Shown piece after piece: positions 1 through 11,953 of a stretch of DNA of 64,000 bases. This stretch comes from Octopus bimaculoides (lineage: Eukaryota), in assembly GCF_001194135.2 (NCBI RefSeq), contig NC_068982.1, forward strand, positions 90,067,301-90,131,300, given 5' to 3'. Under the pieces are notes generated by a model that searched no databases, was not told where the DNA came from, and saw only the letters and a program-made list of their open reading frames with translations. The position numbers and the translations under genes were made by a program. Every line of letters begins with the position of its first letter. The stretch's first letter is position 1.

Positions 1-248
1 AGATATAGTGTGTGACATTAACGTCTTTATTAAATGTTTAATAATCGACATAGATATGTAAATGAGGTGAAATTACTACAGCAAGGAATATTGGTTCAGA
101 ACAAGCCATATTGGTTTGCAATTTCGCTTTCCTATAACTAACCTCTCGTAAACTGCCCAAATATGACAGAAGAAGTCTTAACAGTAAACATTTCTCATTC
201 GCATTAAGTTGGGCTATCTCTAACTTGTTTCCAAAGAAGTACTTCAAA

Positions 249-347
249 TACATACATAGAAACATACACATACATACAAACATACACACACAAATAGATA
301 CATATATACGTACGTACATACATACATACATACATACATACATACAT

Positions 348-381
<34 letters not shown>
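249..381. repeat. (TACA)n/(CA)n compound microsatellite
   Basis: Direct reading of tandem TACA then CA units. Confidence 0.95.
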
Positions 382-382
<1 letters not shown>

Positions 383-914
383 TAAGAGATACATTCTCCT
401 TACACCCACTGACAGCATGCATAAGCATTTGAATATTTCTAAGACTTCAGATCTAACAGGAAATATTTCATCAGCTATTTTAAAATATGCTAAACATCAC
501 CAAGCTTCGGTTTAAGAGAGGGTAATGAACTCCCACACTGTCACCATTATCAGATAGCTTTTGATCTTATTTACACATTGCTACACTCAATTCAGGATGG
601 CAATCAAAAAGGTCAGAATTATAAAATTTCTAATAACACACGTGATAAATAACGTCCTACGCCAGAAATGGATGATTGTCATATCTTTTTTAAAGAACGC
701 ACATTTTCTTTAAGGCAGCGCACGTTCATACCACAGGGAACTGTAGTTGCAGTTATTCGTATTTCAAACATTCAGTTTATCGTTTGATCAAGAGATATTG
801 ATTTCATCATTAATTTTTTTTTCTTACTAAGAAATTAATTGTCTATCAGTAAATATGTTTCTTATTGATATGAAATAATTATACGTTAAATCCATAGAGA
901 TGGGTAAAAAGAAA

Positions 915-1112
<198 letters not shown>

Positions 1113-4100
1113 AGAGTGAAATAAATATTGTAATTTCTATCTAGTTAGGTCAACGATCTCGTGGTCACATGATGCATTCAATCTTCAGAAATCTATGACT
1201 TTTCTATTGGTTGAAGGAAGTTTGAGAATAAATACTTAACATTAAAATACTATAATTATATGTTTATACATAAAAAGCAATGCACCATGGAGCAAATAAT
1301 ATGATTACTTCTGCAGGAGAAAATAGAAGGTTATTGTAAAATAAACTCAAGCAATATAATCTACCATATATTCAGTTTCGGAATTTAGTAATTGTAGGGT
1401 ATATTACAAAATTATTGCTATATAACTAAGACGAGTATAAAATTAGTTTCATGTCTGTAGAAATTTAAAACAACGATATTATGACTACAACCGGTGCGTC
1501 TGTCTTTACTTATCAAACGATTCTCATTCTTAGAATTGATTACCGGCTTCATCATATTTAACTTTACAAACACTATCAATAACACAGAAGAATTTCTGTA
1601 AGCGATTAGGTTTCCTATCCAGACTTGTATATTGTTCCAATTCCGGATGCTCTTCAAATTTATATTTCCTACATTTAAACAATTATAATCTGTTTTCATA
1701 TTCGTTTCTTTCTTCTTCATTGGAAATGTTTGGAAGAATTCTGATTAAAGCTTTACGCTTCATTTAAAATCTCAGGTTGGCAAACGGATACGAAGAATAT
1801 CTATCATCTATTATACGTGTATGTCAATAAATATAAGTATTTTTGACAGATGGTTCCTGCTTAATCCAATTTACTTAAGGAAATTCTATAATATGAACTT
1901 TATCATATTATAGGTAAAGTTCCCTTTCTCAACTCTGATACTTCATATATATATATATATATTGCTCTTGCTACATATTGATTTCTATATGATCTATAAT
2001 CAAAATTACATTCTAAACTCTTATTTTACACTTAAATACGAACAAGACTTATTAGAATACCTTCTTCAAAGCTTACACATGCTGACTGATTCATAAAACA
2101 CACACTTGTACATATATTCGCCCAATAATATACACATAAGTATACAATTTCCTTGAATCAGATTTAGTGAGTGGATAAGAGAATGGCTAATTGAGTGAAT
2201 TGTACTGTGTCAACGAAGACGCTTCCGTGCAGGCACTCAGACTGCTAAAAATAACTGCTAAATCTCAAAACTCCTTGAAATCTTACTGCCTGAACATAGT
2301 TTGAGGATAAAACTGAGGATGATGGAAGTTGAGTGCAGAGCTTTGAATGTGGGTGAAGGTGAAGTGGACGGGTAGGTGAGGTGTATTTGTCTGACAGCAG
2401 AAGTTTTCATGGATAGCGAAGTCATTGGCAAGTAAACATGGGAGCAGACACCGAGTAAGGCACTCCAATGCTATAACAACCAGCCTGATAGAGATGTAGA
2501 GTACTTATATGGTCGAAATATCCATAATGTGTTGTGTCATTGATAAATGGTACTCCGGTGTTAGCAACGAGGGGCTTTGGTACTTTTTATTTTTTCTTAA
2601 AGTGAATTAATGTAACGGATAAAGTATTTCTGAATACAATAAACCATAAAAAGGAGTTGATATGATCATGGCTTAAACAGAAGTTCAAACATGAAGGTTC
2701 ATCACAAAGAAATAGTTTAGAAATGACAGGTCTGCGTGTCATGTTCAATTGCTTGGTCGACTAAACCACGTACCTTATCCCATCTCAATCTGAATAGACC
2801 TGGTTCTCAGCATTAGAGAAACAGTATAACTGAGGGACTGCGAGAGAGAGGGGGGAGAAAGAGAGAGAGAGAGAAAGAGAAAAAGAGAGAGAGAGAAAGA
2901 GAAAAAAAGAGAGAGAGAAAGATGGAGAGGGAGAGAAAGAAAGAATGGGTATGTGCGTGTTTGGCAGTTATTCAACACCTCGTTCTTATAAAAACTTTCA
3001 AGTTCACATTATTTCAGACAAGGATGGTCGTAAGGTAAAAATGTGCGAAAAACTACTTAATTTTCGGGCTATTTTATGGTCTATGAGCTGGCGTCAACTT
3101 TCAGTTACTATATTTTAGTACTGCATTTTGAAATTAAATTAACCAAATAAATGTATGTCTGGGAGCAGGTGAAAATAATTTACAAATTTCATCTAATTGA
3201 TTTAAAGAGACAGATAACATGGAAAGTTTCTCATAAATAAAATACTTAACGCCTATATCTATTTCTAAATATTACCACAAAGTTTAGAATTGTTCACGTA
3301 GATAATGATTAGAGATATAGCTAATATTTTCTGCATAAACTAAGGCCTGAAGCACATTAAAACATTAGCACACACCCAGGAAGTTTTTCATGACAAGAGT
3401 AGACAATTGTGATATTTAAAACTTGTATAAGATCAACATAGAAACTTATAACGATCTCATACTCGAATGAATAATAAATTTTCCTAGAAGTCAAACAACA
3501 CCATAAATAATAGTTTGAAAGCAAACGACCTAATAGAAGCAGCAGGACACAACATCTAAGACAATATTCATGTCTAGCGATAGCAAAACTACAAAAGAAT
3601 CAATTTTATACGAAACAAATAAATTCAGAAACTCAGTAAATTACTGTAAATTTGACCCAACCAAAAACACAATAAGCCGGGGTAGTTTTATATATAAAAA
3701 ATAATAAATGCCATAACATAAATATTTCAGTTTACAAAAAGTTAACGGAGTAGTTAGGCAGAATTAGTGCATCATTGTGTGTAAAAAAAACCATTGGCAA
3801 TTATTACTAACGTGGTATATGTATAGTATGAACAATCATATTTAATATGTTTGGGACATGGAAATGTAATACGCTGCAAAATTGTCTTGAGAGAAGAGAT
3901 TCTTCTTATAGACAATATGGATGTAAACACACCAGTTCTTCTGAGAGACTAAGAACTGGTCTTTCATAAATTAAAATAGCAAATTGTGCATTTGCTGATG
4001 TGCAAAAGATCTTGACAAGCTATAATAAATTAATTAGACGAGCATTAAGCAGCGTTGAACACAATGTCGTTGTGAGCAGGTGTGGTATAAATAGTAAAGT

Positions 4101-4359
4101 TGCTGCAGTTAATTCCTGCTTCTGCTTGATTTAGCAGATCCATGACCAACGTCACTTCAGTTTTCACCCTCTGTATATTTTTTCAGACAAAATGCATTTA
4201 GAGTAACATTATCCAAAAGGCAGCAGAGCATAATGTGATGTAACAGCTAAGAAGAACAAACCAAGAGGATCATATTACAACCAACATAGAATACCGAAAT
4301 AAGAAAAATGTATTCAATATTGAAAGAACGCTGGAATGCCAATTATAATGGTTCCTAAT

Positions 4360-4550
4360 TTAGATACAGACTGGTATCTTTGAGAGGAAGGTATTAGTTG
4401 ATTACATCGACCCAGTACATGCTTTATTTCATTAACCCCGAAACCCCGAAAGGATGAACAGCAGCGTTGACTATGGAGAATTTGTACTCAGAGCGTAAGT
4501 GATCAGAAAAATTACAGGCGCCATTTTTTGTAACACTTTAACCATTCTGC
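4360..4550 (+). mobile_element. Degenerate octopus-type SINE 3' portion
   Basis: Contains 'gattacatcgacccagtac...accccgaaaggatgaa...gttgac...ttgtactcagagcgtaa'; related segments recur at ~19440-19520 and ~19670-19710. Confidence 0.7.
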
Positions 4551-6282
4551 CAAGGTTGCAGCTGATTGAGTCCTCAGGCTGCCAGAATTCTAAGCTAAGC
4601 GAATCATGTTCGTATTCATTCATTTCTGCTAAACACAATTAATTCGAAGGACCCAGTTGAACTACTGAGCTACAAATGGGTAAATACAATCGGATAGTAT
4701 ATTTTTCGACATATCACTGTACGATATACTGCTGTTATTTAGAGCTAAATCAACCCCTTTTTAAGCAACTCTATCATCGAAAGCATTCCATTGCGATCAC
4801 CCTATTTTGTGATATCCAATGTGTCCATGTGTGCTCAGAACGATGCAGATTTAAGTAGAGTAAGATTTGAATGCTTTTGTTAGCAGAGCAGACCGTGTGA
4901 CCATATATAGGCTTTTGGCCCGCAAGATTCACTGTATATGTTTCCTTATTCTGGCAGTTTGGGGCTATATCCCCTCAAAGGCGAAACATGCAAAATGGTA
5001 ACATCCTAAGTAGTAATGCAACATGTTTCTAAACTGAAAAATAGGATGGTACTTGAGATAACTTTATCTAGTATGCTTATATCTTTATTGTGCATGTATG
5101 AACACTATTCATTAGGAAAACTCTTCTAAAATTGGAACAATTGGTTAACCTTTACAACAATTTAATTTACATACACAGACCCCTTTTATTCTCCATGATA
5201 TTTCTCTCTTAATCTATGTCTTATTTACACAAGCTATGAGTCGTTGAGTAATTCTTTTATAAACTCTAATTAAATCCCATGTTGTATTTCCGATTTCAAC
5301 TCAAAATACCACCTACTAAACTAAATTTTTATAAAACAACTCTAATTTATACATATAGGTGTGCCTTCAGTTACAACATGCTATAAATAAACTCATTTAT
5401 ATAATACAAACGGGACTTGTTTTTAAAACCTAAAAACAAATATTAGTTATACAATGTTCCGACTTTCGGGATAGATAAATTATTTCTATCCATAATGCTT
5501 AGTTAGAACATACCGAACTGCGTGGAGTAAAATTTATGTGATCATATCAGAAACAACCGGTGGACTATTCGAATCAACGATCGAGCCTACTTCCAGTCCT
5601 TCACTTAACCTGCTAAAATTACCAGCTAAATTGACCCCAAACTACAACAAACAGTCTTTTAAAAAATCATCGACAATTACTGAGTAATTCCCTCTTGGAT
5701 GCATTAGTCTAGACATAAGAATGTTTGATCGCACGGCTTGGTCGAACGATGAAACGTTGGTATCTATAAATCGTGAAACTAATTCGGGTGCTCGTCAGAC
5801 TTGTAAGCATTTTTGATAAAATATAATAAATAAGTAAAAGCATGGTATCGTTCCATCAATTTCCAATTACCAATTACATTAACCACACGAACCGTTTGCT
5901 CATATTTCATTTCTCAAGAAAAGATTTATCTCACTGAGGCAATTTTCAGTTTAAAAATCGATGTACTAGATAACGCTGTTAAGTAGATATATATAGACAA
6001 ATTGTCTCATATTTGCAAGAATATGTAAAACTATGTTATCTATGAAATGCCAATGGTCGTTTTGGAACAAAGCAATAGTGGCTATGAGAATAGAAGCTAA
6101 TTTCTTTCAAAAATAAAAATAAAGCATACTGCCTAAATGTTAGCTCTTAGATGGACTGCTTCGTCCTCAGACAGAGAATGGAAAAGACACTACAACATCG
6201 CGCCGTGATGACCGCAATTGAGGAATTACGGGGATTTGGAAAGAACGTTCGCGCTCAGACACGAGAAAGACACAATTAGAAA

Positions 6283-6318
6283 ATGTTGCTGCTGCTGCTG
6301 CTGATGATGATGATGATG

Positions 6319-6370
<52 letters not shown>
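6283..6370. repeat. (GCT)n-(GAT)n-(ACT)n trinucleotide compound microsatellite
   Basis: Direct reading. Confidence 0.95.
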
Positions 6371-6375
6371 AAATA

Positions 6376-6926
6376 ATGCCCGGATGTAGTACTAGGCAGT
6401 GGCTCTCATGACTTCTGATCTTAACTGATTGGACGTGTTATCATGTATATATTTTATATTCGTATAAAAAGATGGGCTACAGCAAATATTCTGCTCAATA
6501 CCACACATTTGCTTGTGAGTTGTTTGACCTTAACTGAGCATGTTCCTTGGTGGCTGACGATATGTGCATCACTGATCATGAGCAGGAGTAGTGGGGGAGC
6601 ATCATAGTCATGTGTTGAGAGGAATTCTTTAGGGTTTCAATAATTCATATTTGGAAACAGTTGTGTTTCGTTCATCACCATTAAATAGCCCTTATTCAGG
6701 AATCTTTTGCGTGAGATGGGCTGCTCAGCCTGAAGAAAATTCTAACTGGGCCCCACCTGCAAGGTCATGTGCTGTTTATTTAGATATTAGATCATGTCAC
6801 ATACGTATGTTTGTGATGCCTGTACCTGGTGTATCCTGATCAGACGGCTAGTCATAATTGGTATATTGGGCTTCGTATATTTGTACCCTAGTGTCACTTT
6901 GATGGCATGCGCTGCTCTCTCACTCA
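6376..6926. mobile_element. ~550-bp interspersed element, copy A, followed by an (AAT)n/(AAC)n tract
   Basis: Colinear with 7026-7584 (atgcc...gatgggctac...ctgatcatgagcaggagtag...ggccccacctgcaaggtcatgtgctg...gcatgcgctgctctctcactca); no ORF. Confidence 0.85.
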
Positions 6927-7025
6927 GTAATATTTAAAATAATAATAATAAAATATTAACAATAATAATAATAATACTAACAACAACAACAACAGCAACA
7001 ACAATAATAATAATAATAATAATAA

Positions 7026-7583
7026 ATGCCCTGATGCAGTACCAGACAGTGGCTCCCGTGGCTTTTCATCTTAGCTGAGTGTAAGTGTTATCATGTACAT
7101 TGTTTTGTCTTGGTATAAAAGATGGCCTACAGTAAATATTCTGCTCAATACTACAGATTTTCTTGTCAGTTGTTTGACCTTAACAATTTGAGCATTTCGC
7201 TTGGTGACTGACCGTATGTGCATCACTGATCATGAGCAGGAGTAGCTGAGGAGCATCACAGTCATGTGTTGAGAACAATTTTTTAGGTTTTGTAAAAATC
7301 ATCTCTGGAAACATGGGTGTTTTGTTCATCATCCTTAAAACAAACCTTATTCAGAGCCCTTTTGAGTGAGATGGGCTACTCAACCTGAAGAAATTTCTAA
7401 CTGGGGCCCACCTGCAAGGTCATGTGCTGTTTATATTGATATGAAATCACGATGTCGCGCACATATGGTTGTGATGCATGTGCCTGGTATACCCTTATCA
7501 GACAGGTAGTCATGATGGGCATATTCAGCTCCGTATAATTATACCCCAGTTTCACTTTGATAGCATGCGCTGCTCTCTCACTC

Positions 7584-7584
<1 letters not shown>
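7026..7584. mobile_element. ~560-bp interspersed element, copy B, flanked by (AAT)n on both sides
   Basis: Diverged direct repeat of 6376-6926 (roughly 80% by eye); (AAT)n at ~6940-7025 and 7585-7620. Confidence 0.85.
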
Positions 7585-7620
<36 letters not shown>

Positions 7621-8674
7621 TCAAAATTAAAAGAAGAGTGCCATTTGCTATCTTGTGAACAATATTTCGACATCTCGCGTGTCTTCCACTGGTTCAAAAA
7701 ATAAATTTGTCAATCTACTTCATTTTGGTTAATATAGAAAGGATTGAGGTAACTCCTCCTGAAGATATAGAGTCAAAATTAAAAGAAGAGTGCCATTTGC
7801 TATCTTGTGAACAATATTTCGACATCTCGCGTGTCTTGAGTTACCTCAATCCTTTCTATATTAACCAAAATGAAGTAGATTGACANNNNNNNNNNNNNNN
7901 NNNNNNNNNNNNNNNNNNNNNNNNNNNNNNNNNNNNNNNNNNNNNNNNNNNNNNNNNNNNNNNNNNNNNNNNNNNNNNNNNNNNNNNNNNNNNNNNNNNN
8001 NNNNNNNNNNNNNNNNNNNNNNNNNNNNNNNNNNNNNNNNNNNNNNNNNNNNNNNNNNNNNNNNNNNNNNNNNNNNNNNNNNNNNNNNNNNNNNNNNNNN
8101 NNNNNNNNNNNNNNNNNNNNNNNNNNNNNNNNNNNNNNNNNNNNNNNNNNNNNNNNNNNNNNNNNNNNNNNNNNNNNNNNNNNNNNNNNNNNNNNNNNNN
8201 NNNNNNNNNNNNNNNNNNNNNNNNNNNNNNNNNNNNNNNNNNNNNNNNNNNNNNNNNNNNNNNNNNNNNNNNNNNNNNNNNNNNNNNNNNNNNNNNNNNN
8301 NNNNNNNNNNNNNNNNNNNNNNNNNNNNNNNNNNNNNNNNNNNNNNNNNNNNNNNNNNNNNNNNNNNNNNNNNNNNNNNNNNNNNNNNNNNNNNNNNNNN
8401 NNNNNNNNNNNNNNNNNNNNNNNNNNNNNNNNNNNNNNNNNNNNNNNNNNNNNNNNNNNNNNNNACTCTTCTTTTAATTTTGACTCTATATCTTCAGGAG
8501 GAGTTACCTCAATCCTTTCTATATTAACCAAAATGAAGTAGATTGACAAATTTATTTTTTGAACCAGTGGAAGACACGCGAGATGTCGAAATATTGTTCA
8601 CAAGATAGCAAATGGCACTCTTCTTTTAATTTTGACTCTATATCTTCAGGAGGAGTTACCTCAATCCTTTCTAT

Positions 8675-8678
<4 letters not shown>
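7621..8678. repeat. 152-bp tandem unit with an orientation switch at ~7837, spanning an N-gap
   Basis: 'tcaaaattaaaagaagagtgcc' recurs at 7621 and 7773; its reverse complement recurs at 8466-8678. Confidence 0.85.
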
Positions 8679-8726
<48 letters not shown>

Positions 8727-9467
8727 GCCGGAACGGAAGCTCTAATCTATGCTGCCCAAGAGCAAGCACTAAGAACAAACTACATAAAATACAGAAGAGA
8801 CAACACAGCAGAAAGTGGTAAGTTCAGAATCTGTGGACAAAACCGTGAAACCGTACGGCATATTACTAGCAATGTACGCCACTAGCCCAGAACGAATATA
8901 AGAGACGCCACGACAATATTGCCACGCTTGTCCATTGGACACTCTGCAACAAGTATGGACTTGATAGAGCAAAATATTGATACGACCACAAACCTGAAGG
9001 CATCGTCGAAAATAGAAATGCAAAGATCCTATGGGATTTCATAATTCAGTGCGACCAGGAGATAGAGAATAGGAATCCGGACATAGTCTTAATTGAGAAA
9101 GAAAACAAACTATGCTGGATCATAGATATAGCATGCCCAGCTGACAACAAGGTATCCGATAAGGAAGAAAGAAAAGTAGAGAGATATGACAGGTTAGCCT
9201 GGGAAATTAAGCAGTCGTGCCAATAATTGTCGGAGCCTTGGGAACGCTGAGCAAAAATCTCGAGAAGTATAAGGAACAAATAGGGGCTGCAATAAGGGTG
9301 AAGCACTTGCCGAAAACATCACTGCTTGGAACCGTTCGAATACTCCGGAAGGTGCTCGAAAAATAAGAGGTGTTACCTTAGTTCACTGGTAGTGAACAGC
9401 TGACACCATAGTTCATCTCCAGCGTTCGAAGCTGTGCAAAGGCTTTAAAATAATAATAATAATAATA
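8727..9467 (+). mobile_element. R4/Dong-clade non-LTR retrotransposon 3' end (CCHC knuckle + restriction-like endonuclease), 5'-truncated, in a (TAA)n tract
   Basis: Broken frame TEALIYAAQEQALRTN...RICGQNRETVRHIT..C..LAQNEYKRRHDN...KILWDFIIQCD...NPDIVLIEKENKLCWIIDIACP...IIVGALG...ILRKVLEK* (stop 9364-9366); (TAA)n at 8677-8726 and 9450-9467. Dong elements are known to target TAA repeats. Confidence 0.9.
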
Positions 9468-9479
9468 CTATGTAAATTC

Positions 9480-9898
9480 CTTTATATAAAGGAGTTTGAC
9501 AAACCTAAAAAGTATAAGGACCTGCAAATTGAAATATACAAATGTGGAAGCTTAAGGCAAAAACTGCTCCTGTTATTGTAGGTATCCTAGGTATGATTTT
9601 AAAAAGGGATGCCAGAAGCATTTAGTTAACATTCCAAGAGAACCGTGTCTCAAGGAAATTCAAAAGATTCTGCTGACAAGTACTGCCCCCATCCTTAGAA
9701 AAGCCCTATCAATTTAAATGTTCGTGCTGTATTATATGGAGGTATTTTTCAACTGCTCTCACCACGTTCGTTTACCAAGCTTTCAGTTATATTTCAACAT
9801 TTATTAACCTTCACTTGCCCTAGGGCGCTGGGTATGTCCCAGTAATTGATTGCATCAAACATGCAGATTAAAAGCAAACAACAGTGATAATAATAATA
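9480..9898 (+). mobile_element. Second, different R4/Dong-type 3' end with 3'UTR and (TAA)n tail
   Basis: KYKDLQIEI..WKLKAKTAPVIVGILGM...EPCLKEIQKILLTSTAPILRKALSI* (stop ~9715-9717); tail at ~9888-9898. Confidence 0.85.
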
Positions 9899-10094
9899 TT
9901 GTAATAGAACCATGAAAATCAGGTAAGTATACTTTTGAAGAGTTAGGATAATACTAAAATCTAAGCAGAATTGTATGAATCCATCACTAACATGCACGTA
10001 AAAGCCGTAGCTATCTCATCAGGTATGGCGCCGGGAAATCGAATTCACAAAGGTAGATAAACAGTGAAATTGCCGTCAGTTTACGAGACCTTAC

Positions 10095-10200
10095 AGGCAG
10101 ATATCGACAGATTTTATATTTCAGCAAAAGAATAAAAGAAGCGGATTGATAAGTGTAGAAAACTGTGGAAGAAATGGAGAGGTTGAGAGAATAGGTTACT
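10095..10200 (+). mobile_element. R4/Dong-type post-RT (thumb region) fragment
   Basis: ADIDRFYISAKE..SGLISVENC resembles the conserved ADVDRLY.PR.EGGRGL..VE.C motif. Confidence 0.65.
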
Positions 10201-11770
10201 GACAGTGAAGAGTAATTTTGGTAGTAGTAAGAATAGAATATATGTCAACTGAAGGAAGAGAATAAAATGAAGTTCTCGGAGCTAGAAAATATCAGCACAA
10301 CCAGAAAGACTTACATCGAAGGTTTATCGGTTTATCAAAATACTGAAGAGTATCGAAATCATAAATCGTCTTAATGGCTAAAGAGGGGAGTGTTAAAAAA
10401 AAAGAGACAGAGGATTTCTACTAGGTGCGTACATCAAGAAATCAGAATACGATACTTCAGAAACAACATAGATAAGTAAGATGTCATGTACAAATTGTCG
10501 AGTGCAGACGACAAGCGCCAGAGTTTTCGTTAAGACGCTGGCCGAAATCTTAAACTCATCGTTCAGCAGAGTCATTCGGTCCAATGCCATATACGATTTT
10601 TTACTCGTGTGCATCTGTTCTTAGTAGAGTTGCTTTCCGGTTCACAGCACTGGGATTTGTCCAATTTTGTTGCCAATTACAGTAGACGTCTATCAAGAGG
10701 CTGCTAGACAAGTCCGGAATATTTGTAAAACTCATAGAGAGGGTATTCAAGCAGAATGATTTGCAACTTTCGGTACCGCTCCCCACCTCTCTAATTTTAA
10801 CTACTCAAATAGGGTCTTGATTGAACCGCTGAGAACCGTAGAAGATAATTGAGGCAGGTGCTAATGTCAATTACCATTACCGTTCTAAATAGATGAGCAA
10901 GGGCTTCGAGCACCTACTCACATCCGAATGTAGCAATGTTGCTCGCGTCTGACCCTTTTTCGGCAATGTGGAAGGCACGATCACGTATTTCTTGCTACGT
11001 CGTGCATCAGCCTCTCGGGCCTATCAGGCAGTCTTTGTATTATGGAGTTTTAATGTAATAACACTAGCTCTGGGAACGCAACCTTCGTGTATTACACTGA
11101 AGTAAAATCGAGTTCCTTTCTCAGTGCTAGCACGAAAAATCGCCATGCCGTTAGTAATAGATTATTCTAGACTTTTAACTAAATCGCCGCTAAGTTAATT
11201 AATTTTGCGCTAACACTTTCACTAAATGCTATCGATTCTGATCTAATCGCCTTCTTCAGAGCATCACACTACCTGTTATTGATGGTTGTTTCCTCTCAAA
11301 TACCACTGAAGTCCCTAATCCAGTCCCAGTAGTATAGTCAGAGATTTGGCCTTTAGCAAAGCATATCTCACAAAGGACATCAAACAACACCTGCTAATCG
11401 TCCAGAAATCTATACAAGCGTCGTAGTCTAACGAATAATTGAGAAGCATCATCTACAGCATCGCGAGACATTCTCAAGGAGTGTTGGTTGACAATAAAAT
11501 AATATTTTTGATATTTCTTGGAGCGGTGCACGTAATACACGCGCGTGCGTGTATATATATATATATATAACTGAGATTCAGTTGAATTAGGTACTTAAGT
11601 TGACGCACCAAGTCAGTCCGTATTATCCGCATGGAGTCGCTTAAAACGGTCGTACTGCATCACTACTTGATATTTTGTTGCTTATTTTGATTGTATATAT
11701 ATATACATACACACACACACACACACACTCACGCACGCACACACACAGACACACAGACACACACACACAT

Positions 11771-11803
<33 letters not shown>

Positions 11804-11953
11804 NNNNNNNNNNNNNNNNNNNNNNNNNNNNNNNNNNNNNNNNNNNNNNNNNNNNNNNNNNNNNNNNNNNNNNNNNNNNNNNNNNNNNNNNNNNNNNNNN
11901 NNNTAGTCATGTGTGTGTGTGTATTTCTGTGTAAGCTGTGCCTTGGGTGGATC

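Noticed and set aside
38-515. ORFs of 74-126 aa here, and similar YI/CV/HT/ER/X-rich ORFs throughout the track
   Set aside because: Translations of microsatellites or N-gaps.
5495-5686. ~63-codon open frame with a possible exon at 5551-5683
   Set aside because: No polypyrimidine tract, weak donor and no recognisable domain.
6376-8678. LTR pair or CRISPR-like array
   Set aside because: The direct repeats lack TG..CA ends, PBS and internal gag-pol; there is no repeat-spacer pattern and the context is eukaryotic.
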